A stretch of DNA of 59,851 bases, filler included, from Bipalium vagum (taxonomy: Eukaryota), in NCBI GenBank assembly GCA_037834085.1. It is 3 parts of 3 records of this genome, joined end to end, with 100 filler letters (N's around TTAATTAATTAA, not from the genome) between each part and the next. Parts side by side here need not be neighbours in the genome. Positions count along the whole stretch, not along the records: positions 1 to 26,966 come from JBBMKC010111138.1; 2 more parts are not named here. One strand, given 5' to 3'. The notes under the pieces were generated by a model, which was not told the DNA's origin, searched no databases, and worked only from the letters and a program-made list of their open reading frames with translations. Position numbers and translations under genes: made by a program. Each line of letters begins with the position of its first letter. Position 1 is the first letter of the stretch. Below, in pieces: positions 12,315-24,954 of this stretch.

Positions 12315-12863
12315 TAGTGCGCCACAAATTAATTGCCGCACCTTGTAAAATCAAGAAATCTTCATTATTTTCAAACTGTAATTAATTTTTCATAAAATTG
12401 ATGAAAGTACAAGATATAAGAACTTATTTGAACAGCATTGTATTATTTAAATTAAGTTGTAATTTAAGCCTGTTGGTTCGGAAGGTATATGATGGTGGAA
12501 AGCTGTTGGGAAGACATGGATCAATAAATCCTGGAAAATTTAGTAATTTCAATGCCAAATAGAATTTATGAGACTATTTATGCTCACGGCAGCTCAATAA
12601 ACTATAAGAAAATTATTGGTACATTTTTGTGAATAAAAATCGACTTTTTGGAAATTGCGGCAATTAATTCGTGTCGGTTTTTTCTTGATATTTTTATTTT
12701 TTGCTTAATATAGTTGGTTATATTAAGAATTTTTCAATTATTTTTTTACATTTGCATTAAGACACTAATAGCTACATTGTGCAAATATTTTGAAAATTTT
12801 GAAATCTTTGGACAAAAGATAATGTCCTTTTTGTAAATGCGACAATTAATTTGTGGCGTACTG
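12315..12863 (+). mobile_element. Tc1-like deletion derivative in cyclase intron
   Basis: TIRs tagtgcgccacaaattaattgccgca / tgcgacaattaatttgtggcgtactg with TA flanks; internal SMPNRIYETIYAHG Tc1 C-terminus. Confidence 0.85.
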
Positions 12864-13115
12864 TACTTCAAAACGTCAGAAATTGCTTAGACCATGTAAA
12901 ATATTGAATAACAAAATTACTTTTGTAAGTCTAAAGTTTATAAAAGGTCTGGTATTTTGATTATTCCATTTTATCTTCTCAAAATAACAGCTCAATTTCA
13001 AAAATTATATTTTCAATGTCTTTTAAAGGATGAATATGTTTGACAGAATAATTAAAAATAATTGGTAAACATAAAATTTTATATATTTTGGAATTAATTT
13101 AATTTACGAATGTAG

Positions 13116-13328
13116 CTCAAGAATATAACAGAAACACAAAGTTTAAAGAATTTGGAGAATCTATTGTGGAATGACAAAACAAAGTTACTGTTATTTGGAT
13201 TTGCTATATTAACTTTCGGAATCTGTAGCTATTTTGTCTTACGGTCTTACTGGTGTTCAATCAAGATTTTCGAAAATAATATCTATAAATTTTCAGAGCA
13301 CTTTAAAATAAAATCCCTGGAACTAGAA
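13116..13328 (+). CDS. NIT-domain guanylyl cyclase, exon 5 (second TM helix, start of coiled coil)
   Basis: tgtag acceptor, 213 nt phase 0-0, TM LLLFGFAILTFGICSYFVL then KIKSLELE|gtaata. Confidence 0.85.
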
Positions 13329-14460
13329 GTAATATAAATTATTTTTTAAAAAACTTTGTATTATCTTTAATATGAAACATAAATATATATATATTTTGTG
13401 CTCGTTGAAAACGAGTCTTTTTAATTGCTTTAATAATAACCTTACGAACTCAAATTTTAAAAAGAGATATCTAGATGAAATTTTGCTTGTCCACCAGAAA
13501 AATAGGGTACTTTTTTTGAATGGTAGATCTACTTAACAATATCAGCTAATTAAGTTTCATTTTTTGAATGAATAAAATTTCTTGAATGCACTGCTTTATT
13601 ATGATATGTTAACCTTAACATTTATTAAGTCAAAAGTAATGATTTAATAATTTTTTTATCAACCAATTAAGTGTCATACTATTTCATATATTCAAAATTT
13701 TTAAGGATTTTGAAAACCATAAGTGTGCTAAAAATTACTTTGAAGGGCTTCTAATTACAAAGAAAGTTTCTAAAGTCTAATGTACCATAAATATATAATA
13801 TGATGAGGCTAATCAGACCTGGTGAAATTTTTTATTATTTTTCAAATATTTAAAAAGTATGAATGAAATTTTAAAAATAAACTTATTTTTAAAATTTAAT
13901 AAAAAAAGGAATTTCCAGGTCTGAGAAAATTTTTAAAATATTATTTGTTTTGTTACTTAATAAATCTATTCAAAAAACTGACTTGTATTTCTGATTATAA
14001 ACCGATTGATATTAACATATAATATTCGTTCAATGCCACAGACTAAGAGAAAATTATGCGAAACGAACTATCCGAAGAAAATATAAAAATTATTATTTGA
14101 ATTATATCCAAATTTATTTAAAATTATGATTAAAATAAAAATAATAAAACAAAAAAATAAGATTTCATCTATGGACTCTAGACGCCTTTATTCAAGTGCC
14201 TAATATCAATATCCTTTTCCTTAGACAAATAAACACAATATTAATAAATCTTTTTTTCTTATTTAAAAAATTTTGATTATAATTTTGAATTTACAGAGAG
14301 AACGACAGGGATTTTTTGCAATTTTTGATTTATGATCATACACAATTCATGTGAAAATAAGTTAAAATGGAGAGATGACATTTTTTATTAAATTCAATTC
14401 AAATTAATTTACATAAATACTTTTATTAAAAAAATTATTATTATTTTATTCAAAAATAAG

Positions 14461-14660
14461 AACGAAAAGAACAAAACTGATAATATTATAAATTCAATAT
14501 TTCCGAAAAATATTTTCGAGCAAATGAGGGCTGGCAAGGATGTGATAGCTCAACATTACGAATGCGTTACGGTTTACTTTTCTGATATTGTTTCATTTAC
14601 AACGATTGCATCTAAACTAAACCCATTGGAGGTTATCGAAATGCTCAGTGACTTGTATAC
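14461..14660 (+). CDS. guanylyl cyclase, exon 6 (signalling helix, first catalytic Asp)
   Basis: NEKNKTDNIINSIFPKNIFEQM...VTVYFSDIVSFTTIAS..PLEVIEMLSDLYT; gtatga donor. Confidence 0.93.
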
Positions 14661-14705
14661 GTATGATTTAATATTTGTTGTTTCTCAATTATATGAGCTG
14701 ATCAG

Positions 14706-14815
14706 AACATTTGATAACTGTTTAAATAAATATGATGTCTACAAAATCGAGACCATCGGAGATGCCTATTTAGTTGTGAGCGGACTTCCAGTTCAAAATG
14801 GAATATCACATGCTG
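14706..14815 (+). CDS. guanylyl cyclase, exon 7
   Basis: TFDNCLNKYDVYKIETIGDAYLVVSGLP, the class III cyclase signature with the guanine-selecting Glu; GT-AG boundaries. Confidence 0.95.
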
Positions 14816-14858
14816 GTAAAGATTTCAAATTGAAGATAGTTTATTTATTTATTTTCAG

Positions 14859-14963
14859 AAGAAATTTGTAATCTAAGTTTATCTGTTAGAGACGTGATGA
14901 AGGAATTTAGTCACAAAAAAATTACAAAAAATACTTTAAAATTGCGAATTGGTATTCATTCAG
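14859..14963 (+). CDS. guanylyl cyclase, exon 8
   Basis: ttttcag acceptor; EICNLSLSVRDVMKEF...LKLRIGIHSG; phase 1-1. Confidence 0.93.
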
Positions 14964-15129
14964 GTCGATATTCATTATACTTTTATATTATTATTAGTAG
15001 TAGTTTTCATTATTTTTTCTGTTCTATTTATAAATCAGACTTACAATGCCATTACTGCATTATTTGACGATTATCATATATCATATTTCTTTTTTGATCA
15101 TAAAATATTTTTTGATGAGGTTAACCATT

Positions 15130-15960
15130 CATTAATTAGTTTGAATAAATATAAAACTCATTGAGCATTTGGAAATTTATTTATATTATAAAGCTGTTTT
15201 AATAAAGTAATTTGATGTATTAAAATTGATTTAATTTTTGAAATAATACATCTTTAGAAAATGATTGATCAAAGATATAGAGTGCTGGTTTCAAGCAAAT
15301 TAAACCAGACGATGAGTCACATCGTAATTCATGTCAAGCATTCGGAGATGAAGTTCCAGTATTACGTCAATGTCAGCGATGGTTTCGGCGTTTCAAAGAT
15401 GATGATGAACGTCCTGAAGACGAAAAACATCAACGTAATCAGCAAGTTGTGGACAACGAAGAATTAAAAGAAAACATTAAGTTGGATTCCTGCCAAACTA
15501 TTCGTGAGCGTGCAGAAAATTTTGGTTGCACTCAGTACTATAGAAATCTTCCTAGATGCAATCGGAAAATTAAACAGAAACTGAAAATGAGTTCTGCAAT
15601 CTCAAGACATAGCGGGTGAACAATGCCCGAATTCTTCTTCGCGAAACTATGAACAGCGGATTCCTTAACTATTTTGAAATGTCAGATGAAAAATGGATGT
15701 CATAAAATAATACAAGAAAACGACAGTGGATAACCGTTGGAGAACAACAAAAATCGACTTCAAAGCTAAATAATCGTGGATTCAAGGTCATATTGTTTGT
15801 ATGATGAATGGCAAAGATTCTGTATATTTCGAAATGCCTGTTAATGGTCAGCGGAGAATACAGGCCTATACACATAACAAATCAGCTGTGTGGACCAATC
15901 TTTGCACCTTCAAATGAAAGGCATTTTTGCTTCGGTTCTACAATCATATCTGTCTGAAAA
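15130..15960 (+). mobile_element. degenerate mariner in cyclase intron
   Basis: AFGDEVPVLRQCQRWFRRFKDDDERPED, MSDEKWMS and KVILFV*W-like remnants. Confidence 0.85.
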
Positions 15961-16429
15961 GATGCGGAGATAAAACATTCAAAGGAAGAATCCACAAGCA
16001 ATTTTGTATTTAATTAATATTAAGTTTATAAAAATTTTTGTTGATGCCTGAAATTTAAATTTTATTTTATCATCATTTTTCTTATTTGACCATCATCTCT
16101 AACATGATCTTTTTATTTTGATCACGATTGTCAAGAAAAAAATAATCTTTAAAACTTCATAATAAGGACATGTTTGTTGAAAATTAGTTTTTAAAAAAAT
16201 GTATTCCATTAAATAATTTAATGAATAGTTATCCATGAAAAATTGTCAATCTTTCTTGCACGGATGTAAAACCTGAGGTTGTCATCTTTAATTTTAATTG
16301 TAAACACAAAAGGTATATATTGAAAATATTGGATGACAAGAATCTGAAATGTAAATACATAAGTGAACAAATATTAAAATGAACATTTATGTTTACATTT
16401 GTAACTGAGATGCTCTAAGTAATGTTAAA

Positions 16430-17190
16430 GTAAATACAATTCGGTTCAATTCAAGATACAATTTAATATTACTTTTTCGGAAATCAAAAACAGCACGTGA
16501 TCTTTTTAACGATTGGAAATCAAGCTAAACTTTCTCAATTAGTACTGTGAAGCGCAATCTGAGAAGGTATGGCTTGTTCAGACAAATTTCAGCGAACAAA
16601 CCTTATTTAAATAAGCGACATATCAAGAATCGCTTAAAGTGATGCAGAGATTATAGCAAACTGCTTCCTTCTTTTTGGAATGAGGTGATTTTTACAGATT
16701 AAAACCGGACAGAACTGTTCTCTAAAAGAAGAGAATATGTCCGCAGACCACAAGGATTCGGGTATAATCCAAAATATACTACAAAAAATGTTAAATTTAG
16801 AGAAAATAGTTTGATGGTTTATGGCGCAATCGAAGAAGATGACATCAGAGTTTTCATAAGGTGTCTGGATTGGATGAATTCTGATGCCTACTAGGATGTA
16901 TTGAAGAAAGGGTTTTTCTAAAAGACAGAACTCCATGCTATATGTCAAGATTTGTGACTTCATTTTTGGAAAAGTCCAAGTTATACGTACTGTGTGATTG
17001 ACCGACTCAATCACTAGATCTGAAAGCCAGAGTTGCTATGTGTAGGCCGGCAAATATTGAGGTACTGTTGAGGATTTCGGAGGAGTAGTGGGCGATGATT
17101 CCACCATCTAAGTTTAAAAATCTTTATGAAAGCATACCAAGCAGGTTCAAGAGGTAAGTTAAAAAAAGGTATGAATACAAGATATTAATT
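16430..17190 (+). mobile_element. degenerate Tc1-like transposase in cyclase intron
   Basis: STVKRNLRRYGLF..ANKPYLNKRHIKNRL, LMVYGAI and LYESIPSR remnants with frameshifts. Confidence 0.85.
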
Positions 17191-17740
17191 TCGATTATCT
17201 TAATTTTTTATGAGGTTGACTGTTTCTTAAAATGTGTTTGGTCATTTAAAATGTAAATAACAGATGCTTTACTGATGTTTTAGTCTTTTATTCAAAATGA
17301 CTTAAAAATAATGTTTTTGTAAAAACGGTTTTTCTAAATTTACAAAATAATAATAGATAATGTACTTCAACCCTCCAAACACCCGTGAGAAAAGGCTCTA
17401 CACAAGCAACTGATTGGACCAAAAGTGTGTGATCTACCATACGTAGCTAAAATAAGTTACCGGGGACGTGTACCGAGAACAATTATCACGCCTGAGCCAG
17501 ACATTGAGCGAAAAAAGACCAGACTATGAAAAAAAGCAGCATTAAGTGATACTACATTAATTTCTTGTCAATCTAATAAATTATGTATTATTTCTTTATT
17601 AATTATTAACACATCATATTTCTTTCCACTAGCGATTCAAACAATTCTGATTTAATCGATTTATTAAATGACAATGACAAATGACAAAAATAATGTTTTT
17701 TTATTATTTAAGCCAGTAAATTAAAATAATATTATTCTAG

Positions 17741-17839
17741 GAAAATGTGTTGCAGGGGTTGTAGGAAGAAAAAGTCCAAAATATTGTTTATTTGGAGAAA
17801 CAATTAGAATTGTTGAACTTTTAGAGTCCACAAGTGAAG
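17741..17839 (+). CDS. guanylyl cyclase, exon 9
   Basis: GKCVAGVVGRKSPKYCLFGETIRIVELLESTSE; ttctag acceptor and gtaagt donor. Confidence 0.95.
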
Positions 17840-18737
17840 GTAAGTATTCTTAAGCACTATTAGTATATACAAAACTAGTATGTTCAAAAACAAGTTTTAG
17901 ATGTTTGTCTCGGCTTTGGCTTCGACGTTTTTGCAAATATTATAGCTCTTGATTATCATCTTCACTGCATATTTTTCCATGATTGTTTTAATTTCTGCTA
18001 TTTTAAAATCTAATTTCCCGAGTGTTGGTAGTTTGACGGAATCAACGATGCTCTGGCTCCGATTATAAATGTTCTGCTCTCATAGCACCATGTTCTTCCG
18101 AGTTAAGATTCATCTTCTTCCAGTAAAATCTGAAATGTTTGTTTATTTTGCTCCGTCATTACCTATGATAGAGACCACTAATTCAAAGAGGAATTTGACG
18201 TCAATAATAAGGTTTTTTAAGTTTCTTGTTAACTAATCGTGTATCAGAAATTAGGTTTTGACATGAAAAGAAATTATGTCGTCATTTCATATTCATTATC
18301 AAATTATTAATAATTTTATTATAAATAATTTTCTATTCTTTTTCTGGTAAATTTTCCGAAAAATTATTTCATTTTCCTAGAACCAATCAAAAAAGCTTTT
18401 TATTGTTAAAAAAAACTTCAATCAACAATATACTATCTCTTTTGATTCAGCACCTGTCACATATAAAATATTTATAAGATTAAATTTTGTGGACTTATCC
18501 ATTTTTGAAAAATTAGGATCCAATGAATATGGATATCTTCATTTGAATCAATCATCCTGCAATTCAAAGAATGTTGCAATAAATTGAAAATAAGTAAAAA
18601 TCAGACGAAGCGGGTGTAGTATCAAATCTCATTTAATAGCCAATATAGGTCTTACTTGAAGTCATAAACCTAAAAATAAGTCTCAATAGTATTTAACAAG
18701 TACTGTTTTAAGTTAATATGATTTTATAATTATATAG

Positions 18738-18829
18738 AAATGAAAATCCAAACGAGTTATACTACAGTAAATCTGGTGAAGCATAGAAAATTATTCGACT
18801 TCACTTATCGTGGGGATGTATCTATACCG
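18738..18829 (+). CDS. guanylyl cyclase, exon 10
   Basis: MKIQTSYTTVNLV..FDFTYRGDVSIP; tatag acceptor and gtaagt donor; phase 1-0. Confidence 0.9.
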
Positions 18830-19904
18830 GTAAGTATATATAATAATTTATTCATTAAGTTATTATTATTATTTATTAATTATGAATTGCATTTTCTGAA
18901 GTTCAATTTTGATCACATGATTGTAACCGTCTTTATCTTACATTTTCAAAAAACATGTTACACTTCAGAACAGGTACGGAAATAACTTTTTTGGTTAATT
19001 ACAGGGTTGCAGAAACCTAAGGAAAATTTTATTTATTATGTTTTTTTGAAGAATAAAAATTTTTAACGAATGTAATTTTAAACTGTTATCTTATTTTGAG
19101 ACATTTTTAGTTAATTTTAAATATTGAGATGCATAGAAATTTAAAAAGTCATACAATAATCCATTATTGACATCTTCCGAGTCAAGAATTTTTGAATTTC
19201 TCAACATTCCTTTCAAAATCTTTCCTTCTTTATCTTAAAATAATTATCTTATACCACGGGTATTTCTATTGACTATGTATGGACCCACGTATCTTTCCTG
19301 TCCTTAGAGTGATCTACATTCCAAAGTTTGAAAACCCCTGTGAATCCACCACGATGTCATGAATGGTGGAACGGCTAAATTTCACTCTGGTAACAATGTG
19401 CTTGTGAGACATTTTGCTTTTGATGAGGAGATTGGTGTTTTTGATTTGATGTTTTGGTTTTCGCTTCTCCTTGAATAATAATATATAAAAACCATATGTA
19501 TTTATTTTAAAATGTCGAACTTTGAAAGTTATGTTGCTTTTTAAAAATTTGGTTTAAAATAATATGATTCAATCAATAATAAGACTTTATATATCTAATT
19601 TGACACTTTTTATTATATTTAGAGAAAAATAACTGTCCGGATGGTATTCACTTGTACCTTAATAAAAATTTTATTCTTGTCTTTTTTGTTGAAAATTGTT
19701 CTATTTAGTAGATGAAAGATTCTTATATAATGTATCAAAATCTGTAGTTGATAGGATTTTTTAGCAGCTATTAGACTTTAATTGCAACAATGTAAAACAT
19801 CCGGACAGATTTTTGATCATACAGTAATGTTCAATTTTATCATCTTCATAAAACTAAAAAATTATCTTTTCTAAATTTAAAGTAGTTATACATATGAGAT
19901 ATTA

Positions 19905-20584
19905 CAGATTTTTTCATTTAATTTAGACAAAACAATTATTAATCTTGTTTAGCAAGACTTATATTTGAGATAATATTTATAGATGAAGTTGGTTTTAACG
20001 TTTCGATGCGATCAAGGGAGAGATGGTCTTTGAAGGGTTCACCGGCAGTACTAAATGTCCCAGGATTAAGATCAAGAAACATCTCCTAAAGCTGTGCAAT
20101 AAATGTTGATGGACTATTATACTTTGAAAATCAAGTCAAAGTCCATAATACAGAAAGTTATATATCTTTTCTTGATAACCCCCATGTGAAGCTACAAATT
20201 TGTGGTGTTGTTAAGGCAGGTTTTGTCATGGATAATTTTTCATTTCACCGTTCTTGACTTATTGTCGCAAAAATACGAGAACTTGGGTATCGATGTGTTT
20301 ATCTACCTTATTCTCCCTTTCTAAACCCGATTGAGGAGATGTTTGCAAATTGGAAAGAATTGGCTCAAAGATCAGCTCCTACAAATTCATTTGATTTAAT
20401 AAAATTGATTGAAGATATATCAATCAATATATATATGATTGTTTAGGTTTTTATAAACATATGATAAAATATTTGTAAAGATGTGAAGGAAAAGAATTGA
20501 TCATGGATTAAAAAAATTTCGAAATAAATGTTGTTATTTGTCTAAATTTAATGAACATTTGAATAAATTAAATGAAAAACCCTG
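19905..20584 (+). mobile_element. IS630-like Tc1/mariner (DDxE) deletion derivative
   Basis: IFIDEVGFN...VMDNFSFH...YLPYSPFLNPIEEMFANWK with stops; TIRs cagattttttcatttaattta / taaattaaatgaaaaaccctg. Confidence 0.88.
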
Positions 20585-20691
20585 CAAGTTAATAAATATT
20601 TAAGAGATTTACCAATTATAAATTTAGTAATTATTTAATAAATAAAACATGTTAAATAAAAGAATTTTATAATGAAAATATTATATTTTAG

Positions 20692-20742
20692 GATAAAGGA
20701 TCCATTAGGACTTATTGGCTGGAAGGAAAAATGCACACTTGA
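20692..20742 (+). CDS. guanylyl cyclase, terminal exon 11
   Basis: ttttag acceptor; DKGSIRTYWLEGKMHT*, matching KGKG.M.TYWL. Confidence 0.92.
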   Translation, partial: DKGSIRTYWLEGKMHT

Positions 20743-20969
20743 ATGATTATATTTTTATTTAATAATATATTTATTTATTATATTTAAAATGACAAAACCT
20801 GTATAATCAAACTCTATACTTTGTCTTGATATTGTTATATTTAACCATAATAATATAACTAATAGGCCTCCGATTCCAATGTTGTGATTTACCTAAGAGA
20901 TTTTTATTCTATTAATTAATTTTTATTTTTTATTTTTAATTAAATTTTATTCTATAAATATCAAAAGTT

Positions 20970-21026
20970 TTAACGATAGCACTTAACGATAGCACTTAAC
21001 GATAGCACTTAACGATAGCACTTAAC
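20970..21026. repeat. 13-bp tandem repeat (ttaacgatagcac) x4.4
   Basis: Four perfect copies plus ttaac. Confidence 0.95.
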
Positions 21027-21482
21027 ATTATTATTAATAAAATGACGTCATTATATATCTTAACTTTTTATTAATAAAATTAAAAATAAGGATTGAAAAA
21101 TCAGTTGTGACCTCAAGATAACATATATAAATGTAAGGCTAATTAACTTTGAGTCTATAATCCTCGGTAAAGCAGAAGACAATTATTAATTTCTACAAAC
21201 TTAAAAATGTTTGAAATGATTTCATTATCAAAATTCACAGTTTTGTACTTAATCTTAAGCATAGAGACAATTATCTTTACGAAATAACCTTCCAATGTTT
21301 TAGCTTCAATCCTCTGCTCGTCATCATTTGATAATATTTTTCTTTTCTTCCTTGTTTCCTTTTTAATTTTTTCACTAGAGAATTGATCATATTTCAAGTA
21401 TAAAAAATTATAAATTAAAAAAGACTTGTATAGCGTCCTCTTCTTAAACCTTCAACGTGTCACTTTTTATTCACAGATAGTA

Positions 21483-22446
21483 ACGGGTGTTCACTTGAAA
21501 TTTGAAATAGTTGAAAATTTACATTTGATTACAAATGCTTTGTAGAATTTAGTGGTTACGTTTTAGTTATATTGATAAATAAGCATCGATTTATTATAAT
21601 ACACTTTCTAGACATTTCTCTTGGCTACGTTAATAAAATTTTGAAAGAAGAGGGCATCTCAGCCTATCAGAAGCAAAAGAAGTCTCATACAACTGAGAAG
21701 CAAATTGTGTCTCAGAAGCTGCGGATCTGTCGCCTCTATGCAAAGGTTTTATCAATGGGTGACGGAAACCCCAGTTTTCTTGTTGATGATGAGAGTTACT
21801 TTACTCTATCTCATCACAGTATAGCTGTTAACCAGTATTATTATTCAACATCAAGAAACAAAGCTAGCGGTGATGTGAAGTTTTATTCACACATTAAATT
21901 TGAGCCGAAAGTTCTGGTTTGGATTTCTATGAGTGATGCTGGAATTTCGCAACCATTCATTTGTCATTCAAATCTTGCTGTCAATAAAAAAATTTATTCT
22001 CAGAAATGCGTTCGCCAGCGCCTTTTTCCATTTCTGGACGCCAACTACATATTTTTCATAATTGCTACATTTGAAGATCTTAAAATCAATTTTGCACCAA
22101 AGAATATGAATCCTCCATGCTTATCGCACTTGCGATCCATTGAAGACTTTTGATCTATCCTAAGATATAAAGTTTACCAACACAATTGGCAAGCAAAAGA
22201 TCTGGATCAACTCAAAAGAAGGATTAAATACTGTTTGAAAAAGTTAGATTTCACTGCTGTACGTGCCATGATGAGAGATATGAAAGTTAAGTTGAGAAAG
22301 GCTAGAGCCAATGGTGCTGATTCTTTACTTCATTGACATTTTCTAATTCTCTGATGTCTACTGTTTAATTTGTGTTGAAATAAATTTTTTGTAACTCGAT
22401 TATTTAACTTTTATAACATCATTCCAAATTTAAAGTAAACACCTGT
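21483..22446 (+). mobile_element. Tc1-like element (TRT/DD37E-like), internally deleted
   Basis: TIRs acgggtgttcacttgaaatttg / caaatttaaagtaaacacctgt with TA flanks; VDDESYF, KFEPKVLVW, NPPCLSHLRSIEDF. Confidence 0.88.
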
Positions 22447-22559
22447 TATACTATTAGTAGTTCCTTTTGGTAAGAAGAATGTATTTACTAATTCTTTCAA
22501 TGTTTTCCCATCAGTGTAATTTCCAATTATCAGTTTCCTGATATTACCAGTTATCTTAT

Positions 22560-23358
22560 TTCTCTTAACAAACTGCCATTTTTTTGCATTATCATAATAA
22601 TTATCAGACTAATTTTCATCATACCATTATGCTATTATATCAAGCGATTAGTTTTAGTGAGTCTTTAGGATCAAAAGGATGAATTAAATGATTTTTTATA
22701 TTTTTCCCGTACCTATCACACAGTAGGCAGTTGCCGACTTATCGAACATAAGGTATAAAGACATAAACTTTTACTAGTCAAGTTTTCAAAGCAGTGTTTG
22801 TCAGCACCATCCCAGGTGTACTATTAGATATTAATGGTGATCATAATTTTCTCAACCGTTTTGATAGATACATTTGTTTCTATTTTGAATTATGGTGCTC
22901 TGGTTGACATGTAACCTTCTTGTCAATTCTACAGTCGATTGAGTATAATCCTCTTTCAAAAGTGCTTTCAAGTCATCCAAACTCATTTCATATAGCTGCC
23001 CAATACGTTCTTTATCGTTCAAATCAAAATCATGGATTTGAAGCATCGAAACCGTTTACGACATAAGCTCTCAGCTCCTGCTCAATCATAATATGTATTG
23101 TAAATAATCCGAGTTGCTTCGGCTGATGTTTTGCTCTGATTAAACAAAAACAATATACAGTGGCATAATTGCATTTTATCTACTTCCATTATAAGTTCTG
23201 CAAATGAATTGGTAAACTTAAATTAATTATCAGATTAATGATATAAATATAATCAATATTGACTTAAACAAAATACAAATTTTAGCTATATTATTATTAA
23301 TATTACTTAAATTCCACATATATGTAAATCAGCGATGTGAACTTGTGTATATGCCTAA
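22560..23358 (-). mobile_element. degenerate mariner
   Basis: MEVDKMQLCHCILFLFNQSKTSAEA..DFDLNDKERIG..QSTVEL; TIR-like end near 23330-23358. Left end approximate. Confidence 0.82.
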
Positions 23359-23972
23359 CAAATAAAACTTGACTCTTTTAAATCATGCAGTCATCTATTT
23401 AGAAATTGACTTACATTAATAAGATGATTTAAAATATGAATTTGGAAATTTGCCACTTATTATTAAATAATTAAAGTAACCTTATGAAAGGCAAAACTGA
23501 ATGATTTTATAAAAAATATTTTAAATCTAAATGTTATCTGTATTATGTTATATAATGAACTCAAATCACAGCTTGTAAACTTTTTAAACGATAACATTTA
23601 GAACTATTTTGTAAAGAACATTTTTTGAATGAAAGATGACATAAGATCATTAGCAAAAATGGCCAATACTTTACTGAATAAAATTGTTTATTCTTTATAA
23701 AATTATCTTTATCTTTGTCCAAAAATACGCAATTACCTAGCTACCTATCCATTATTTTAATTAAATAGAAATATATTAATAATTATTTTATAAATATATA
23801 TAATTTATTTAAATATAGTTTATTACTTAGATTCTATTATGAAATTGAAAAAATAATATTAATCCATTTAGAATAAAAAAACGTTTAAAAATTGATAATT
23901 GAATAATAAATTTCGCGATGTGATTGGCTTCGGTTACGTTTAAAAGTGAGAGTTAAAGAAAAAATATAAAAA

Positions 23973-24246
23973 ATGAAGTTCAATAAAAACAATAAAGTTT
24001 TTAGTGAAGCAACTCTGAGAAATAGTTCTAATTTGTCTTACTTTTGGACAACGAATAAAAATGATATTGATCCGGAAATAAAGACATTATTAGACCAAAG
24101 TCGATCAAGCCATATTATTGAATTTTTGAAATGTTTTTTTGTGGCCCTGATACCGTTAGTCATAACAATTGCTTTCATAACAGTATTTACAACGAAAAGC
24201 TTTGAAAAGATCCATGGCTCGTACCAGTCGACATGTCAAATTAATC
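23973..24246 (+). CDS. NIT-domain guanylyl cyclase, exon 1 (N-tail plus first TM helix)
   Basis: aaaaATG; TM FFVALIPLVITIAFITVF; C|gtgagt donor in phase 1; ATTGG (CCAAT) box at 23923. Confidence 0.85.
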
Positions 24247-24641
24247 GTGAGTTCAAAAAATAAATAATTATTCATAAAAAAATAATATTGATTTTTAAAT
24301 TTTTTAGGAAAAATTATATTTTTAAAAAAATCATTTAATTTTTCCTTGTTATATCTAAAATTTGTATAATTTCTTGATAATTATTATTTTAAGAAAAGAT
24401 TACATTAAAAGATTACGAATTTCTAAAAAATATGAATGAATTAGTTAAATTTAAATAAATGTTAAATATTATTATGATTTTTAAAATGTTAAATCTCACT
24501 AATAATACATCTCTGACATGAAGTATTAGTGAAGTATATTTTATTTTATTTTATTAACATCTTTTTCCATTTCTACATTTCTTGTTATAAATTAACGATT
24601 TATTATGTTTTTCTTAATTATATTTATTTTATTCCTTACAG

Positions 24642-24897
24642 AGGCCATGGAGATAATTGCAGCTGTCCAAGCTCTTCAGGTGGAAAGAGGTTTGTCTACT
24701 CAATTTATAGCATCAAATCGATCAATTGATTCTCAAAGTATGCTAACTTCCCGGAATGACACTAACCTAAAATTTACATTAATAAAAAAATGGATCAATG
24801 AATCATATTTTACTAATTTTTACAATCTAACTGTTATACGTGCGTCAACGGATTTAATAAATATTTTGAATAGGTATAGAAATCAAATTGATGACAA
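24642..24897 (+). CDS. NIT-domain guanylyl cyclase, exon 2 (NIT domain start)
   Basis: ttacag acceptor; AAVQALQVERGLS matches the NIT motif LVH.LQ.ERG.S; LNRYRNQIDD. Confidence 0.9.
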
Positions 24898-24954
24898 GTA
24901 CTTTACGTTAAAAAGAAATCAGAGAAATAAATAAATGTTTTAATTTATTTTTAG

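Noticed and set aside
16634-17014. 126-aa minus-strand ORF
   Set aside because: Antisense shadow of a decayed plus-strand Tc1 transposase.
20970-21026. Direct repeats as a CRISPR array
   Set aside because: No spacers, 13-bp unit, eukaryotic context.
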